The notes: generated by a model not told the origin, from the sequence alone. 64,000 bases of DNA from Syntrophorhabdales bacterium (GCA_050012495.1 JBEKHB010000012.1:5874-69873); one strand, 5' to 3'. Positions 1 to 9,000 are shown, counted from the first letter of the stretch. A program made the numbers and translations.

Positions 1-1
1 C

Positions 2-802
2 TGGGACGCTGTAGCCGCGGGATCGGACTTCGTTGTGGCCCTTCAGTCCGACGGGACACTCTGGGCATGGGGTGCTAACGGCAGCGGCCAGTTGGGTAAC
101 GGCACGACTGCCGGCACGAGCACGCCCGAGCAAATATTGTCGGGTTTCACCGTGGGTCCTACGGTTACGTCCACGGTTCCCGCGAATGGCGCAACCGATG
201 TCGAGATAGACTCCTCGATGCAAGTCACCTTCAGCGAGGCCATGGACCCGACATCCATCACGACTGCCACCTTTACCCTGAACAGGGGAGTGACGGGCTC
301 AGTCGGCTATGATGCGTCAACCAATACAGCCACATTCACCCCATCGAGCAATCTGGATTACTACACTCTCTATACGGCGACGATCACCACGGGAGTCAGG
401 GACGCCAGCGGCAACAACATGACAGCAAACTATACCTGGACTTTTACCACGGAGACGAAGAAGACAAGGTCCTGCTTTATCGCCACGGCCGCATACGGGT
501 CGTATCTCGACCCCCACGTGGCGGTTTTGAGGACTTTCAGAGACACCTACCTCCTGACAAACAGGGCAGGGAGGTCTTTTGTCGACTTCTATGATCGGTG
601 CTCACCTCCCCTCGCGAACCTCATTGCAAGGCATCCAGGCTTGAGGACGATGACGCGGTGGGCCTTGACCCCCATAGTCTATGGGATCATGCATCCTTTC
701 GTATTCGGACTTATTCCACCACTCTCCTTCGTCTGGATTTGCCTGGAGAAAGGGAGGAGGAGGCGCAAGATCCGCCGATCTTCCTGCCATAACTCAGGAT
801 AA
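2..802 (+). CDS. Surface/secreted repeat protein, 5-prime end cut by the window edge: RCC1-type repeats, an Ig-like Thr-rich domain, and a C-terminal [10 protein letters not shown]-motif anchor region
   Basis: Frame 2 is open from base 2 ([34 protein letters not shown], an RCC1 blade motif), so the ORF-track GTG at 35 is internal. An Ig-like segment follows ([22 protein letters not shown]). The C-terminus is [11 protein letters not shown]...hydrophobic helix...RRRRK. Stop TAA at 800-802. Confidence 0.75.
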   Translation, partial: WDAVAAGSDFVVALQSDGTLWAWGANGSGQLGNGTTAGTSTPEQILSGFTVGPTVTSTVPANGATDVEIDSSMQVTFSEAMDPTSITTATFTLNRGVTGSVGYDASTNTATFTPSSNLDYYTLYTATITTGVRDASGNNMTANYTWTFTTETKKTRSCFIATAAYGSYLDPHVAVLRTFRDTYLLTNRAGRSFVDFYDRCSPPLANLIARHPGLRTMTRWALTPIVYGIMHPFVFGLIPPLSFVWICLEKGRRRRKIRRSSCHNSG

Positions 803-879
803 CAAACACGTTGACGCGAAGCCTTTTGGCCGAGGGGTATTATGCCGCAAAGGCACAAAATCACGAAAAGGGGTGGCCT

Positions 880-1278
880 ATGGTGAAACACGTGGCAGCA
901 ACCGTTGTGCTGGTGCTCATTGCCCTCAGCTATGGCGCCGCGAGAGCAAATGATAGCCACATGATGACAGACGAGCAGCTTCTCTCCATGCTGGGAAAGC
1001 CCGATGTAGTCATCATTGACGTGCGCACGAACTATGACTGGGATCACAGTAACGCAAAGATCAAAGGGGCCGTGAGGGAAGAAGGCATGAAGTTCGGTTC
1101 CTGGATGAAGAAGTACCCCAAAGACAAGACAATCGTCCTTTATTGTGCCTGAGTGAACGATGCAACGAGTGTCAGTTTGACACAAGCATATCTAAAAGCA
1201 GGCTACGAGAACGTGTACTATGTGAAGGGTGGCTGGGACGGCTGGGTCAAGGCCAAGTATCCGACGGAGCCTAAGTAG
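880..1278 (+). CDS. Periplasmic single-domain rhodanese (sulfurtransferase) with an in-frame TGA (1150-1152) at the catalytic Cys position; candidate selenoprotein, alternatively a pseudogene
   Basis: ATG 880 follows AAAAGGGG and opens a signal-peptide-like MVKHVAATVVLVLIALSYGAARA. The track ORF stops at ...TIVLYCA-TGA. The same frame continues without a stop as VNDATSVSLTQAYLKAGYENVYYVKGGWDGWVKAKYPTEPK to TAG 1276-1278, which is a typical rhodanese C-terminus. A hairpin sits 16 nt after the TGA. Confidence 0.65.
1169..1183 (+). promoter_or_regulatory. Candidate bacterial SECIS stem-loop
   Basis: GTGTCA (1169-1174) and TGACAC (1178-1183) are perfect complements around a GUU apical loop. The stem starts 16 nt downstream of UGA 1150-1152. 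Confidence 0.5.
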
Positions 1279-1284
1279 CCTTTT

Positions 1285-1824
1285 TCATCTATCGCTCCAC
1301 TTTTCCGGTAGCCTGCGCCCAAGAGAAACCCAATGACGGCTCTGCCGGGATGAGAAAAGGAGTGTCATTGACAGCAGGAGAATTGCCGGGTCCAGATAAA
1401 TGCTCCACGACGCCATGGTGGATCCGATAGCCCCGAAACAACCGCATTCCACATCGATCCCCCGCGAGAGCAGGATAACCTTGGTAATGAAAAAAGAGAT
1501 GCTCAGCAAGGCGATGCCGAGAGCGGACAGACGGGTGAGCACGCCGAGGAGCAGGCCAATTGCGCAGGCGAGCTCGATGAATGGGAGGGCCCATCCGAAG
1601 CCGATTGCCAGCGGTCCCGGCAGTATGTCGAAATTGTATACCATGGCGACCGAGTAGTGTTCGATATCCACGAGCTTTCCAAATGAGGAGACAAGAAAGG
1701 TGACGGCCAGAACCAGACGGAAGACAAGTATCACGTACCGGTTTTCGAGGAACCTGTGTCGAATGGCGCCGCTCCCATCGATGGTCGCTTGTTCCCTTAT
1801 GACATACCTCCCATGATCGATCAA
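1285..1824 (-). CDS. MauE/DoxX-family integral membrane protein (start uncertain)
   Basis: Hydrophobic multi-helix protein with LVSSFGKLVD...ALPFIELACAIGLLLG...GIDVECGCFG, a MauE-type CGCFG motif. The track ORF runs to 2010, but the N-terminal 60 aa look non-membrane and Arg/Pro-rich. An in-frame TTG at 1824 is a plausible start. Confidence 0.7.
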   Translation of the reverse strand: MIDHGRYVIREQATIDGSGAIRHRFLENRYVILVFRLVLAVTFLVSSFGKLVDIEHYSVAMVYNFDILPGPLAIGFGWALPFIELACAIGLLLGVLTRLSALGIALLSISFFITKVILLSRGIDVECGCFGAIGSTMASWSIYLDPAILLLSMTLLFSSRQSRHWVSLGRRLPEKWSDR

Positions 1825-2204
1825 GACACACGCCGGCGGAGCGCATGGCTTTCCATCGCGCTGTATGATAACTATTATACTACCAAGTCGGCCTCGAAGC
1901 CCCATTTTTGTTGGCGCTACCTGCGCCGCCACAGGCGGGCGCGAGGGAAACCGCTGCGTCTTCACCATGAGCGAAAGCCCTCGCATGGCAGGGGTGGCCG
2001 CCGCGGTCATGCTCCACGAGAAGCCCTACGAGAATTACTGGATCGCGGGTGACGACGACTATGGCCATGCCCTCGCCGACGTCCCCTGGGGCGCCCTCAA
2101 GAAGCCCGAGCCGACCCTTGTGCTGGTGGGTCAGCCATGGTGGAAGGCGGGAAGGAAGTAGCCGGGGGACGGGTGGAAAGTGACGAGAGGACAGGGGAAG
2201 CGGC

Positions 2205-3188
2205 CTAGACGAGGGAGAATATAATCCTTCCTCCACGCACCTCCCTGCGCAAGGCGCCTTTCCCCTCAAGGTATTTCAAATGAGCAAAGGTCTCGCCCGT
2301 TGCGAGAAGCTTCTGCAGGTCGGGCACCGAGGCCCAGGAGTCGGAATTGGCCACATTCCAGGTTATCCTGGATGCTACCTCGTAGACGTCCTTGCCGCCG
2401 TCTTTCAGTTCTGCCATGATCTCGGAAGCCCTCGCTCGATGATGCTCCCTCAACTCGTCGATCCTTTCCCGAAAACCGGTAAAGGGGTCATGATGCCCCG
2501 GCAGGACGAGCCGGACATCAAGGGGATAGATATGGTCGAGGCTCTGCAGGTAGTCACGTAGGGGGTCGTTCACATCGATGCGTGCCTGGATCCCGGGCGT
2601 TATATCGGCAATGAGGTGGTCTCCCGCGAGGAGAAGCCGGCTCGTTGATTCATAAAGGCAGGTATGGCCGCGGCTGTGCCCCGGCGTCGTGACGCATCGA
2701 AACCGATAATCCCCGACCCTGAGCTGGTCTGCGTCTTTCACGAACCGGAAAGGCCAGACCTGCTCGATGTGCGGTCGCCGCGTCAACTCCGGCGGGAGGA
2801 CTTCCCCGAGGTCGCTGTCCGGGAACCCGGTCAGCCGTGCGAACTTCTGGAAATCGGCAAACATTGCGCCCGATCTCACCGTTTCGAGCACCTCCGCTTC
2901 CCGCCTGTCGATATAAATGACCGATCCTTCCCGTATCAGTCGGGAAACCAGGGTGAAATGGTCAGGGTGGGAATGGGTGATAAAAAAATCGCTCCTGGCC
3001 GTATCGATGTCGAGCCGGCGCAAGCCCTCATCCATGGCCTGCATGCAAAGATCGAGGTCCATCCCGGTGTCGATGATCAGGTTGCGCTCCAGCCCCTTTA
3101 CCACGTAAGCGTTGACCGACCCGAGAAGCGATGCAGGCAGGGGTATGGGAATCCTGTAAAAGCCGGACGCGATTTCTTCGACCATCAA
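2205..3188 (-). CDS. MBL-fold metallo-hydrolase with a C-terminal helical extension
   Basis: HSHPDH (HxHxDH) zinc motif and TPGHSRGH. It is a paralogue of 23250-24263, with the same N-terminal FYRIPIPLP / LYKVKIPLP and the same C-terminal ...HLKYLEGKG / HLFYLKEKG. Confidence 0.9.
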   Translation of the reverse strand: MMVEEIASGFYRIPIPLPASLLGSVNAYVVKGLERNLIIDTGMDLDLCMQAMDEGLRRLDIDTARSDFFITHSHPDHFTLVSRLIREGSVIYIDRREAEVLETVRSGAMFADFQKFARLTGFPDSDLGEVLPPELTRRPHIEQVWPFRFVKDADQLRVGDYRFRCVTTPGHSRGHTCLYESTSRLLLAGDHLIADITPGIQARIDVNDPLRDYLQSLDHIYPLDVRLVLPGHHDPFTGFRERIDELREHHRARASEIMAELKDGGKDVYEVASRITWNVANSDSWASVPDLQKLLATGETFAHLKYLEGKGALRREVRGGRIIFSLV

Positions 3189-3391
3189 TTCACCGTCTCG
3201 CCGTTCAATTCAGGCGGCTCAGAGAATACCACCTGCCCGGCCCTGCAGGCAAGAGATTCGGCGGTGGACGGCTTTTCATAGTGACGAGTGATGAGCAGCC
3301 GGTGACGCGTAAAGGATTTAACGCAATCGGTTTCACCTTTCCGCACATTTGTCGATGAGCACTCACAGGCGAGAAGACGAAAACGCAGCCG

Positions 3392-3841
3392 CTACCCTCC
3401 GTAGGCCGCCACCTCCGGTTCTGCCTGACGATCCCGGTACGCCGCAATCAACCTTTGTCCTAGAATGCCGGACAGGTTTCTATAGATCAGAACACCGTCC
3501 GAAGGATAATCCTTGATTATGCGGATGATGGCCTCTACGGGCACCCTCGAAATGGTCGATTGGGTCATGCAGCGGGCTTGGGCCAGGTAACGGTGCGGTT
3601 TGACCAGGGCCGACCAGCCGAATATCTCACCGGGATAGTAAGCAAGAAAGCGCGTCTCTCGCGGCTCCCCTACCACGAGATCCACCTTGCCGTCTTCCAG
3701 CATATAGAAGTAGTGTGCCTCCTCGCCTTCCTGGAATACCGGCTCCTCCTCCCTGTAGATCTGCTTCGTCTTATGCCTTTCTATGACGCCCCTCGCGTCC
3801 GCGCTTATGCCGTCAAACAACTCCTCCTGTTTTATGAACAT
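3392..3841 (-). CDS. Stand-alone cyclic-nucleotide-binding domain protein
   Basis: cNMP-binding beta-barrel pattern (VFQEGEEAHYFYMLEDGKVDLVV, PGEIFGWSALV). AAGGAGG lies 5 nt upstream of ATG 3841. The track start at 3895 has no RBS. Confidence 0.8.
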   Translation of the reverse strand: MFIKQEELFDGISADARGVIERHKTKQIYREEEPVFQEGEEAHYFYMLEDGKVDLVVGEPRETRFLAYYPGEIFGWSALVKPHRYLAQARCMTQSTISRVPVEAIIRIIKDYPSDGVLIYRNLSGILGQRLIAAYRDRQAEPEVAAYGG

Positions 3842-3949
3842 ACTTACCTCCTTGCAAGTAAACATACGCGGTGACGACCCGTAACCCACACACATCCCAA
3901 ATCCAAATATAATGTAAAACCGAAAAAGCAGTTTGACAAGAAGGAGCGG

Positions 3950-4008
3950 TGGCCGGCCTGTCGGCCCCCTTAATATTGTTAAGGCCGGCCTGTCGGCCCC
4001 CTTAATAT
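3950..4008. repeat. Two copies of a 27-bp direct repeat (period 32), each containing a GGCCG/CGGCC inverted repeat and a TAATAT box
   Basis: GGCCGGCCTGTCGGCCCCCTTAATATT occurs at 3950-3976 and again at 3982-4008, both perfect. The repeats lie in the divergent intergenic region between the cNMP-binding gene and the diguanylate cyclase gene. Confidence 0.9.
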
Positions 4009-4156
4009 TTCCCCGGTTCGGGCGAAAAACTTACTTATAAGGCTTTAGCTCTCTTTGTTCTCGAAAGAGGTATCGCGCCTTGTCAGGGAAAAGGTGCCAC
4101 GAGGGGGGAACGATGGGTGCAAGAGGGCATGCCTATTTATCACGACGAAAGGTGTC

Positions 4157-7100
4157 ATGAGCGCCACGACAGAAACATTCGGGCCGGGTACGCCCCTTTA
4201 CAACAGCAAGATCATCCTTGCCTATGTCAGGTTCGCCGAGCGCCGCTGCGCCGGCGTCAATATGAACGAGGTATTGGCCTATGCAGGGATAGAGACCTAC
4301 CAGCTAGGAGATGTGGACCATTGGTTCACGCAGGCGCAGGTGGACCTCTTTCAGGAAAAACTGGCAGAGCTTGCCGGGATCGGGGATATTGCCCGGGAAG
4401 CAGGCAGATATGCCGCGTCTTCGTCATCTATGGGGATCATAAAATATTACGCGCTCAGCTTCGTGAGCCCCATGAAGCTCTGTGAGATGATAGGGAAGAC
4501 CGCCGGCTTTTTTACCAGGTCGGTCGTCTGGGAAACAAAAAACACCGGTCCGCGCACGGTCGAGATCACCGTGACCCCGAGGCCGGGCGCACGGGAAAAA
4601 CCGTTCCAGTGTCAGAGCAGGATCGGGTATCTCGAAGGGATCTCCGAACTCTTCAAGTCCAACCTCCCCGTGGTCGAACAGACCGAATGCGTCTTTCACG
4701 GAGGCCGATGCTGCCGGTACGTCGTGACGTGGTCCGGGCCCCGGTGGGAGGCGCAGAGGAAGATGAGAAATTATCTCGCCCTGTCTCTCTCAGCCCTGTC
4801 TGCCGGCCTGTTCTTCATTTCCACTCCGGGTATCTCTGCCGCTTCCATGCTTGTGACGTTGGCCGTTGTCCTTGCGCTGTCGGCCAGGGCATGGCGCATA
4901 GAAAAAGACGAATTGTGCTCCGCGATAGAGAGCCTGAGGTCCGCGACGGAGATGCTCATCGAGAAGACAGAGGTACATCGGAACCAGGCCCGGCTAATGC
5001 AGGAAACAGGACACGCCCTGGCCAGGCAGAGGAGCATCGAAGGCATACTGCGGGAAGTGGCGCAGCTACTGGAAAAGCGTTTCGATTACGACCGCGGCAT
5101 GATTCTTTTGGCCGATAAGGAGAAGCACGCGCTCAATGTCAGGGCCACCTTTGGATATCCCGAAGAACTGGCGCCTGCCCTTCAGGATATGGTCTTCACG
5201 ACCGGGCCGGAATCACGGTCGTTTCTCATGCGATGTTTCCGCGAACAGAGGCCTTTCCTCATCAACAACGTGGACGAGACCGGGGACCTCCCGGCGTTCT
5301 GCGTGGAATTCACCAGGAAAACAGGGACAAAAGCGTTCATCTGCTGCCCCATAGTGTGCGCCGACGACGCGCTGGGGGTGCTCTCCGTCGGCAACGTGAA
5401 AGCAAAACGCCCCCTGCTCCAGCGAGACATCGACCGCCTCACGCAGCTCGGCCGGCAAACCGGCGGCAGCATCCGCAACCTCACGGCCAGGCAGGCGGAT
5501 AAGGCGGTCAGGGAGAGCGAGGCCCGGTTCCGCGCCGTCGTGGAGAAGTCGGGCGAGGTCATCGCGCTCACCGATGCCCGGGGAAACTTCGTGTACGTCT
5601 CCCCGCCGGTGACCGCAGTCTTCGGCTACTCCCCCGAGGAATTCTGCGGGCAGCACCGGCGCATGCACGTCCATCCCGACGATTGCGGACGCCTGGCAGA
5701 ATTTTCTGCCTGGCTGCGCGCGAACCCGGGGGAGACGAAGGAGCTCGTGGTACGCCTTCGCCATAAAAACGGTGCCTGGCGTTGCGTCGAGATCACCAGC
5801 CACAACCTGCTGGACGAGCCGGGCGTGCGGGCCGTCGTCTCCAACGTGCGTGACATTACCGACCGGAAGATTGCGGAGGAGACACTCAGGGAATCGGAAA
5901 ACAAGTTCAAGAACCTGGTGGAAGAATCGCCGGTGGGCGTCTATCTGATCCAGGACGGGGTCTTCAGGTACGTCAATGCGAAGTTTGCCGAGGTCCATGG
6001 CTATGACGAGTCCGAGATGGTGGAGCGCATGACGGTCGCGGAGACGATGTTTCCCGCAGACGAGGCTTCCATGGAGGAGAAGACCCGGTGGGTGCTCGGG
6101 CAAGACCAATGCCGCACAAGGCAATTCAGGATAGTCACGAAAACCGGGCAGATCAGGCACGTCGAATGCTATGCGACCCGCACCATGTACCGGGGCCGGC
6201 ACGCCGTCATAGGGACGCTGCTCGATATTACGGACCGTAAGGCCGACGAAGAAGCGCTGCGCTGGAAAACTACGTTCCTTGAGGCGCTCGTCAAGTCCAA
6301 CCATGATGGAATCCTCGTCATCGACAGCCAGGGACGGATGCTCATGGAAAACCAGCGGACCGCGGACATATGGAAGATCCCCGAAGACGCCGTCACCGAG
6401 AAGCAGCGGATGGCGCATTTCTTGAGCATGGTCAAGGAGCCGGATCTGCTCCGAGAGAAGATTATCTACCATAAGGACCATCCGGACGAGTCCATGCGCA
6501 CCGAGATCGAGCTCAACACAGGCACCATCGTCGACACCTCTTCGTCTCCCGTCATCGGCGAAGACGGGAGACGGTACGGGAGGATCTGGACCTTCCGCGA
6601 CGTCACGGAGCTGAAACATTACTGGGATATGCTGGTAGACCTCTCCACAACCGACGGACTGACCGGGCTGGCGAACAGGCGGCGCTTCGACGAGTTCCTT
6701 GAGCGGGAATGGCGCAGGAGTGTGCGCGAGGAGTCTGCCCTGTCGCTCATTTTCATGGACATCGATTTCTTCAAGGAGTATAACGACCACTACGGGCATC
6801 TGGCCGGGGATGACTGTCTGCGCCATGTCGCGGGCGTCCTCGGAAGGCTGGTGCAGCGGCCCGGGGACCTTGTTGCCCGCTACGGGGGCGAAGAGTTTGC
6901 GTGCATCCTCCCGGGCACGGACCAGCAGGGCGCGGCAGGGCTTGCGGACAAGATCATGAAGAGCATAAACGGCCTCAACCTCCCCCACGTCGCTTCCCCG
7001 GTCGCGAGCCATGTCACCTTGAGCTTCGGCGTGGCGGCAATGGTCCCGGAAAGGGGACAACCACCGTCGGAGTTGATCCGCCTTGCCGACCATCTCCTTT

Positions 7101-7180
7101 ACTCGGCCAAGAAGGGGGGGCGCAACCGGGTACATTGCTGGCGGCAAAGGACAAGAGCCAGAAGAGCCGTTGAAAGATAG
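4157..7180 (+). CDS. Membrane-associated sensor diguanylate cyclase (N-terminal ligand-binding-like domain, 2 TM, GAF, 3 PAS/PAC, GGDEF)
   Basis: ATG 4157 follows GAAAGG. The N-terminal domain ends in CVFHGGRCCRYVV. TM helices are LALSLSALSAGLFFI and AASMLVTLAVVLALSA. The GAF region is followed by PAS blocks with DITDRK linkers. The GGDEF domain has an RPGD I-site and RYGGEEFACIL. Confidence 0.9.
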   Translation: MSATTETFGPGTPLYNSKIILAYVRFAERRCAGVNMNEVLAYAGIETYQLGDVDHWFTQAQVDLFQEKLAELAGIGDIAREAGRYAASSSSMGIIKYYALSFVSPMKLCEMIGKTAGFFTRSVVWETKNTGPRTVEITVTPRPGAREKPFQCQSRIGYLEGISELFKSNLPVVEQTECVFHGGRCCRYVVTWSGPRWEAQRKMRNYLALSLSALSAGLFFISTPGISAASMLVTLAVVLALSARAWRIEKDELCSAIESLRSATEMLIEKTEVHRNQARLMQETGHALARQRSIEGILREVAQLLEKRFDYDRGMILLADKEKHALNVRATFGYPEELAPALQDMVFTTGPESRSFLMRCFREQRPFLINNVDETGDLPAFCVEFTRKTGTKAFICCPIVCADDALGVLSVGNVKAKRPLLQRDIDRLTQLGRQTGGSIRNLTARQADKAVRESEARFRAVVEKSGEVIALTDARGNFVYVSPPVTAVFGYSPEEFCGQHRRMHVHPDDCGRLAEFSAWLRANPGETKELVVRLRHKNGAWRCVEITSHNLLDEPGVRAVVSNVRDITDRKIAEETLRESENKFKNLVEESPVGVYLIQDGVFRYVNAKFAEVHGYDESEMVERMTVAETMFPADEASMEEKTRWVLGQDQCRTRQFRIVTKTGQIRHVECYATRTMYRGRHAVIGTLLDITDRKADEEALRWKTTFLEALVKSNHDGILVIDSQGRMLMENQRTADIWKIPEDAVTEKQRMAHFLSMVKEPDLLREKIIYHKDHPDESMRTEIELNTGTIVDTSSSPVIGEDGRRYGRIWTFRDVTELKHYWDMLVDLSTTDGLTGLANRRRFDEFLEREWRRSVREESALSLIFMDIDFFKEYNDHYGHLAGDDCLRHVAGVLGRLVQRPGDLVARYGGEEFACILPGTDQQGAAGLADKIMKSINGLNLPHVASPVASHVTLSFGVAAMVPERGQPPSELIRLADHLLYSAKKGGRNRVHCWRQRTRARRAVER

Positions 7181-7187
7181 TGGCCTT

Positions 7188-7232
7188 CCTTAATTATATG
7201 TCTTATAGGACTTATAAGACTTATAATTAAGG
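7188..7232. repeat. AT-rich 45-bp near-perfect palindrome between the cyclase stop and the next RBS
   Basis: CCTTAATTATA (7188-7198) pairs with TATAATTAAGG (7222-7232), and the inner GTCTTATA pairs with TATAAGAC. The arms are about 20 bp with one mismatch. The right arm overlaps the AAGGAGG RBS of the gene starting at 7241. Confidence 0.85.
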
Positions 7233-7240
7233 AGGCGGAG

Positions 7241-7582
7241 GTGGCGTGGATGGACGAAGATGAATGGGGTCGTGATCCTTCCGTGCGCAGCATGCGGTCC
7301 GTCTTTGCCGCCATCGAGGCGGCACAAAACCGCTTCCTCCATGGGCTCGGCGTGGGCCGCACCGACAAAAGACTCCGCCATTGGCGAAAGACGGCCCTCC
7401 ATCTCTTCGAGCAGACCTGGGCAGTCGCCGCCGAGCGCGGGATGCCGCCGGCTGAAAAGGATGCAGCCGACCTGTACCTCTGCTGTCTCGCAAAGGTGCT
7501 CGGGACGTACGGGATCCAGGCGCCGCACCCGTGCGTGCCCGATAACCCGGGCGTGATGCGTCTTTTAGAGGAAAAAGGGTGA
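7241..7582 (+). CDS. Hypothetical protein (113 aa)
   Basis: GTG 7241 lies 5 nt after AGGAGG. It is translationally coupled (GTGA overlap) to the next ORF. No recognisable domain. The region is GC-rich and has long antisense ORFs, so the coding call rests on the RBS and the coupling. Confidence 0.5.
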   Translation: MAWMDEDEWGRDPSVRSMRSVFAAIEAAQNRFLHGLGVGRTDKRLRHWRKTALHLFEQTWAVAAERGMPPAEKDAADLYLCCLAKVLGTYGIQAPHPCVPDNPGVMRLLEEKG

Positions 7583-7923
7583 GTCCGGTGATACGGCTTC
7601 GTCTTTTCGGCCGCTGCCGCATCTATCACGATCCGGTGAGTCCCGTGCTGCGGGCCCCGGCCCAAATCGGGTGGGATGCATGGTTCCGCACTATCGACCT
7701 CGTCACGCCGCAGCCTTTGAAGGGAGAGGAACTTCTGCGCAGGGCGCGGGGGTGGTGGACTGTCGAGCCTAATGACGTCTCCGCCCTCGTCAACCACTAC
7801 GGCCGCCTGCTCGTCGGCCCAGAGGGCGAACTGATGGTCGAATGCGCGGACGACCAGACCATGGAGGCCCTCGCAGGGGCGCTCTCAGAGAAGTTCGGCG
7901 ACCAGGTCCAGCTCGCCCCTTGA
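7579..7923 (+). CDS. Hypothetical protein (114 aa)
   Basis: The GTG start overlaps the previous stop by 4 nt. It ends 7 nt before the HNH ORF. No recognisable domain. Confidence 0.45.
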   Translation: MSPVIRLRLFGRCRIYHDPVSPVLRAPAQIGWDAWFRTIDLVTPQPLKGEELLRRARGWWTVEPNDVSALVNHYGRLLVGPEGELMVECADDQTMEALAGALSEKFGDQVQLAP

Positions 7924-7930
7924 GCGGGGG

Positions 7931-8506
7931 ATGGCGGCCCCCCTCCTCGCCATTCTTGACAACCACCCGGAAAAGCGGTATTTTCAAACGGTCATGAACC
8001 GGACGCTTCTTCTCAACACCACCTTCGAGCCTCTCGCGGTCGTCTCCTGGCAAAAGGCCATCACCCTCATGTTCCTCAACAAGGTCGAGGTGATCAGGGA
8101 GTACGACAGGGAGATAAGGAGCGTGTCGACCGGCTTCAGACTGCCTGCGGTGATCAGACTCCTCCGGTTTGTCGGGAACAAGCAGATCCAGGTGCGCTTC
8201 TCAAGGAGGAACGTGTTCCTCCGCGACAACTATATCTGCCAGTACTGCGGCGAGCAGTTCGATCCCGAGTATCTCACGTGCGATCATATCATGCCGAAAT
8301 CGAGGGGCGGGATAACCGGATGGACGAATATCGTCACCTCCTGCATTTACTGCAATCTGAAAAAGGCCGACAAGCTTCCCGAGGAAGTGGAGATGGTTCC
8401 GAGAAAAAGGCCGGGCCGCCCGAGCGGCTCTTACGTGCTCATGCTGCATCTCGGCGCCGGTCCCCTCCCTGACCATTGGAAAGACTACGCATTTCTGAGG
8501 GATTAA
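7931..8506 (+). CDS. HNH endonuclease family protein (alternative start ATG 7994)
   Basis: CQYCG...CDHIMPKSRGG...NIVTSCIYCNLKK, an HNH/McrA-type His-Me finger with two CxxC pairs. Confidence 0.85.
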   Translation: MAAPLLAILDNHPEKRYFQTVMNRTLLLNTTFEPLAVVSWQKAITLMFLNKVEVIREYDREIRSVSTGFRLPAVIRLLRFVGNKQIQVRFSRRNVFLRDNYICQYCGEQFDPEYLTCDHIMPKSRGGITGWTNIVTSCIYCNLKKADKLPEEVEMVPRKRPGRPSGSYVLMLHLGAGPLPDHWKDYAFLRD

Positions 8507-8508
8507 AG

Positions 8509-9000
8509 ATGAAAAGCATATGGGCGCCGTGGAGGATGGAGTATATTGCAAGTGAAAAGGACGCACGCGAAAACAAGTGCTTTCTGTGTATTGAGCCGGC
8601 AACCGATGAGACGTCGCTCGTACTCGCGCGAAAACAGACGGCGTTTGTGGTCATGAACCACTACCCCTACGCCAACGGCCATGTGATGGTGGTTCCTGTG
8701 AGACACGTGGGGAAGATCGACGAGCTGAGCGACGGGGAGCTTCTCGATATGATGGGTCTGGTGCGGGTCCTTTCGTCCCTGCTCAGGGAGACCATCCACG
8801 CGGAGGGGCTGAACATAGGGATCAACATGGGAAAGGCGGCCGGCGCCGGGCTTGAGGAGCACCTGCATATCCACGTGGTCCCCCGCTGGGTCGGCGACAC
8901 CAACTTCATGCCGGTGCTGGGAGAGACGAAGGTAATATCCGAACACCTCTACGAGACATACCGGAAGTTGAAGGAAAAGGTGCATGAGAAGCTTCTTTGA
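8509..9000 (+). CDS. HIT (histidine triad) family nucleotide hydrolase/transferase
   Basis: HLHIHVVPR histidine triad and NHYPYANGHVMVVP. ATG 8509 lies 2 nt after the HNH stop with GAGGGA upstream. The track start at 8476 lies inside the HNH gene. Confidence 0.9.
   Translation: MKSIWAPWRMEYIASEKDARENKCFLCIEPATDETSLVLARKQTAFVVMNHYPYANGHVMVVPVRHVGKIDELSDGELLDMMGLVRVLSSLLRETIHAEGLNIGINMGKAAGAGLEEHLHIHVVPRWVGDTNFMPVLGETKVISEHLYETYRKLKEKVHEKLL

Noticed and set aside
1967-2161. A small plus-strand ORF (MSESPRMAGVAAAVMLHEKPYENYWIAGDDDYGH...) between the MauE-like gene and the MBL hydrolase gene
   Set aside because: It has no RBS and no recognisable family, and it overlaps the long version of the MauE ORF. 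It cannot be supported from the sequence alone.
5213-7147. A 644-aa ORF on the minus strand, antisense to the GAF-PAS-GGDEF gene
   Set aside because: It has no recognisable domain and an Arg/Pro/Gly-rich composition typical of antisense frames in GC-rich DNA. The plus-strand frame has unambiguous PAS/GGDEF motifs.
7099-7797. A 232-aa minus-strand ORF overlapping the two small hypothetical genes
   Set aside because: Its composition is low-complexity and Arg/Ser/Pro-rich, it has no RBS, and it runs across the AT-rich palindrome. The plus-strand ORFs have an RBS and start/stop coupling. Confidence in those plus-strand ORFs is itself only moderate.
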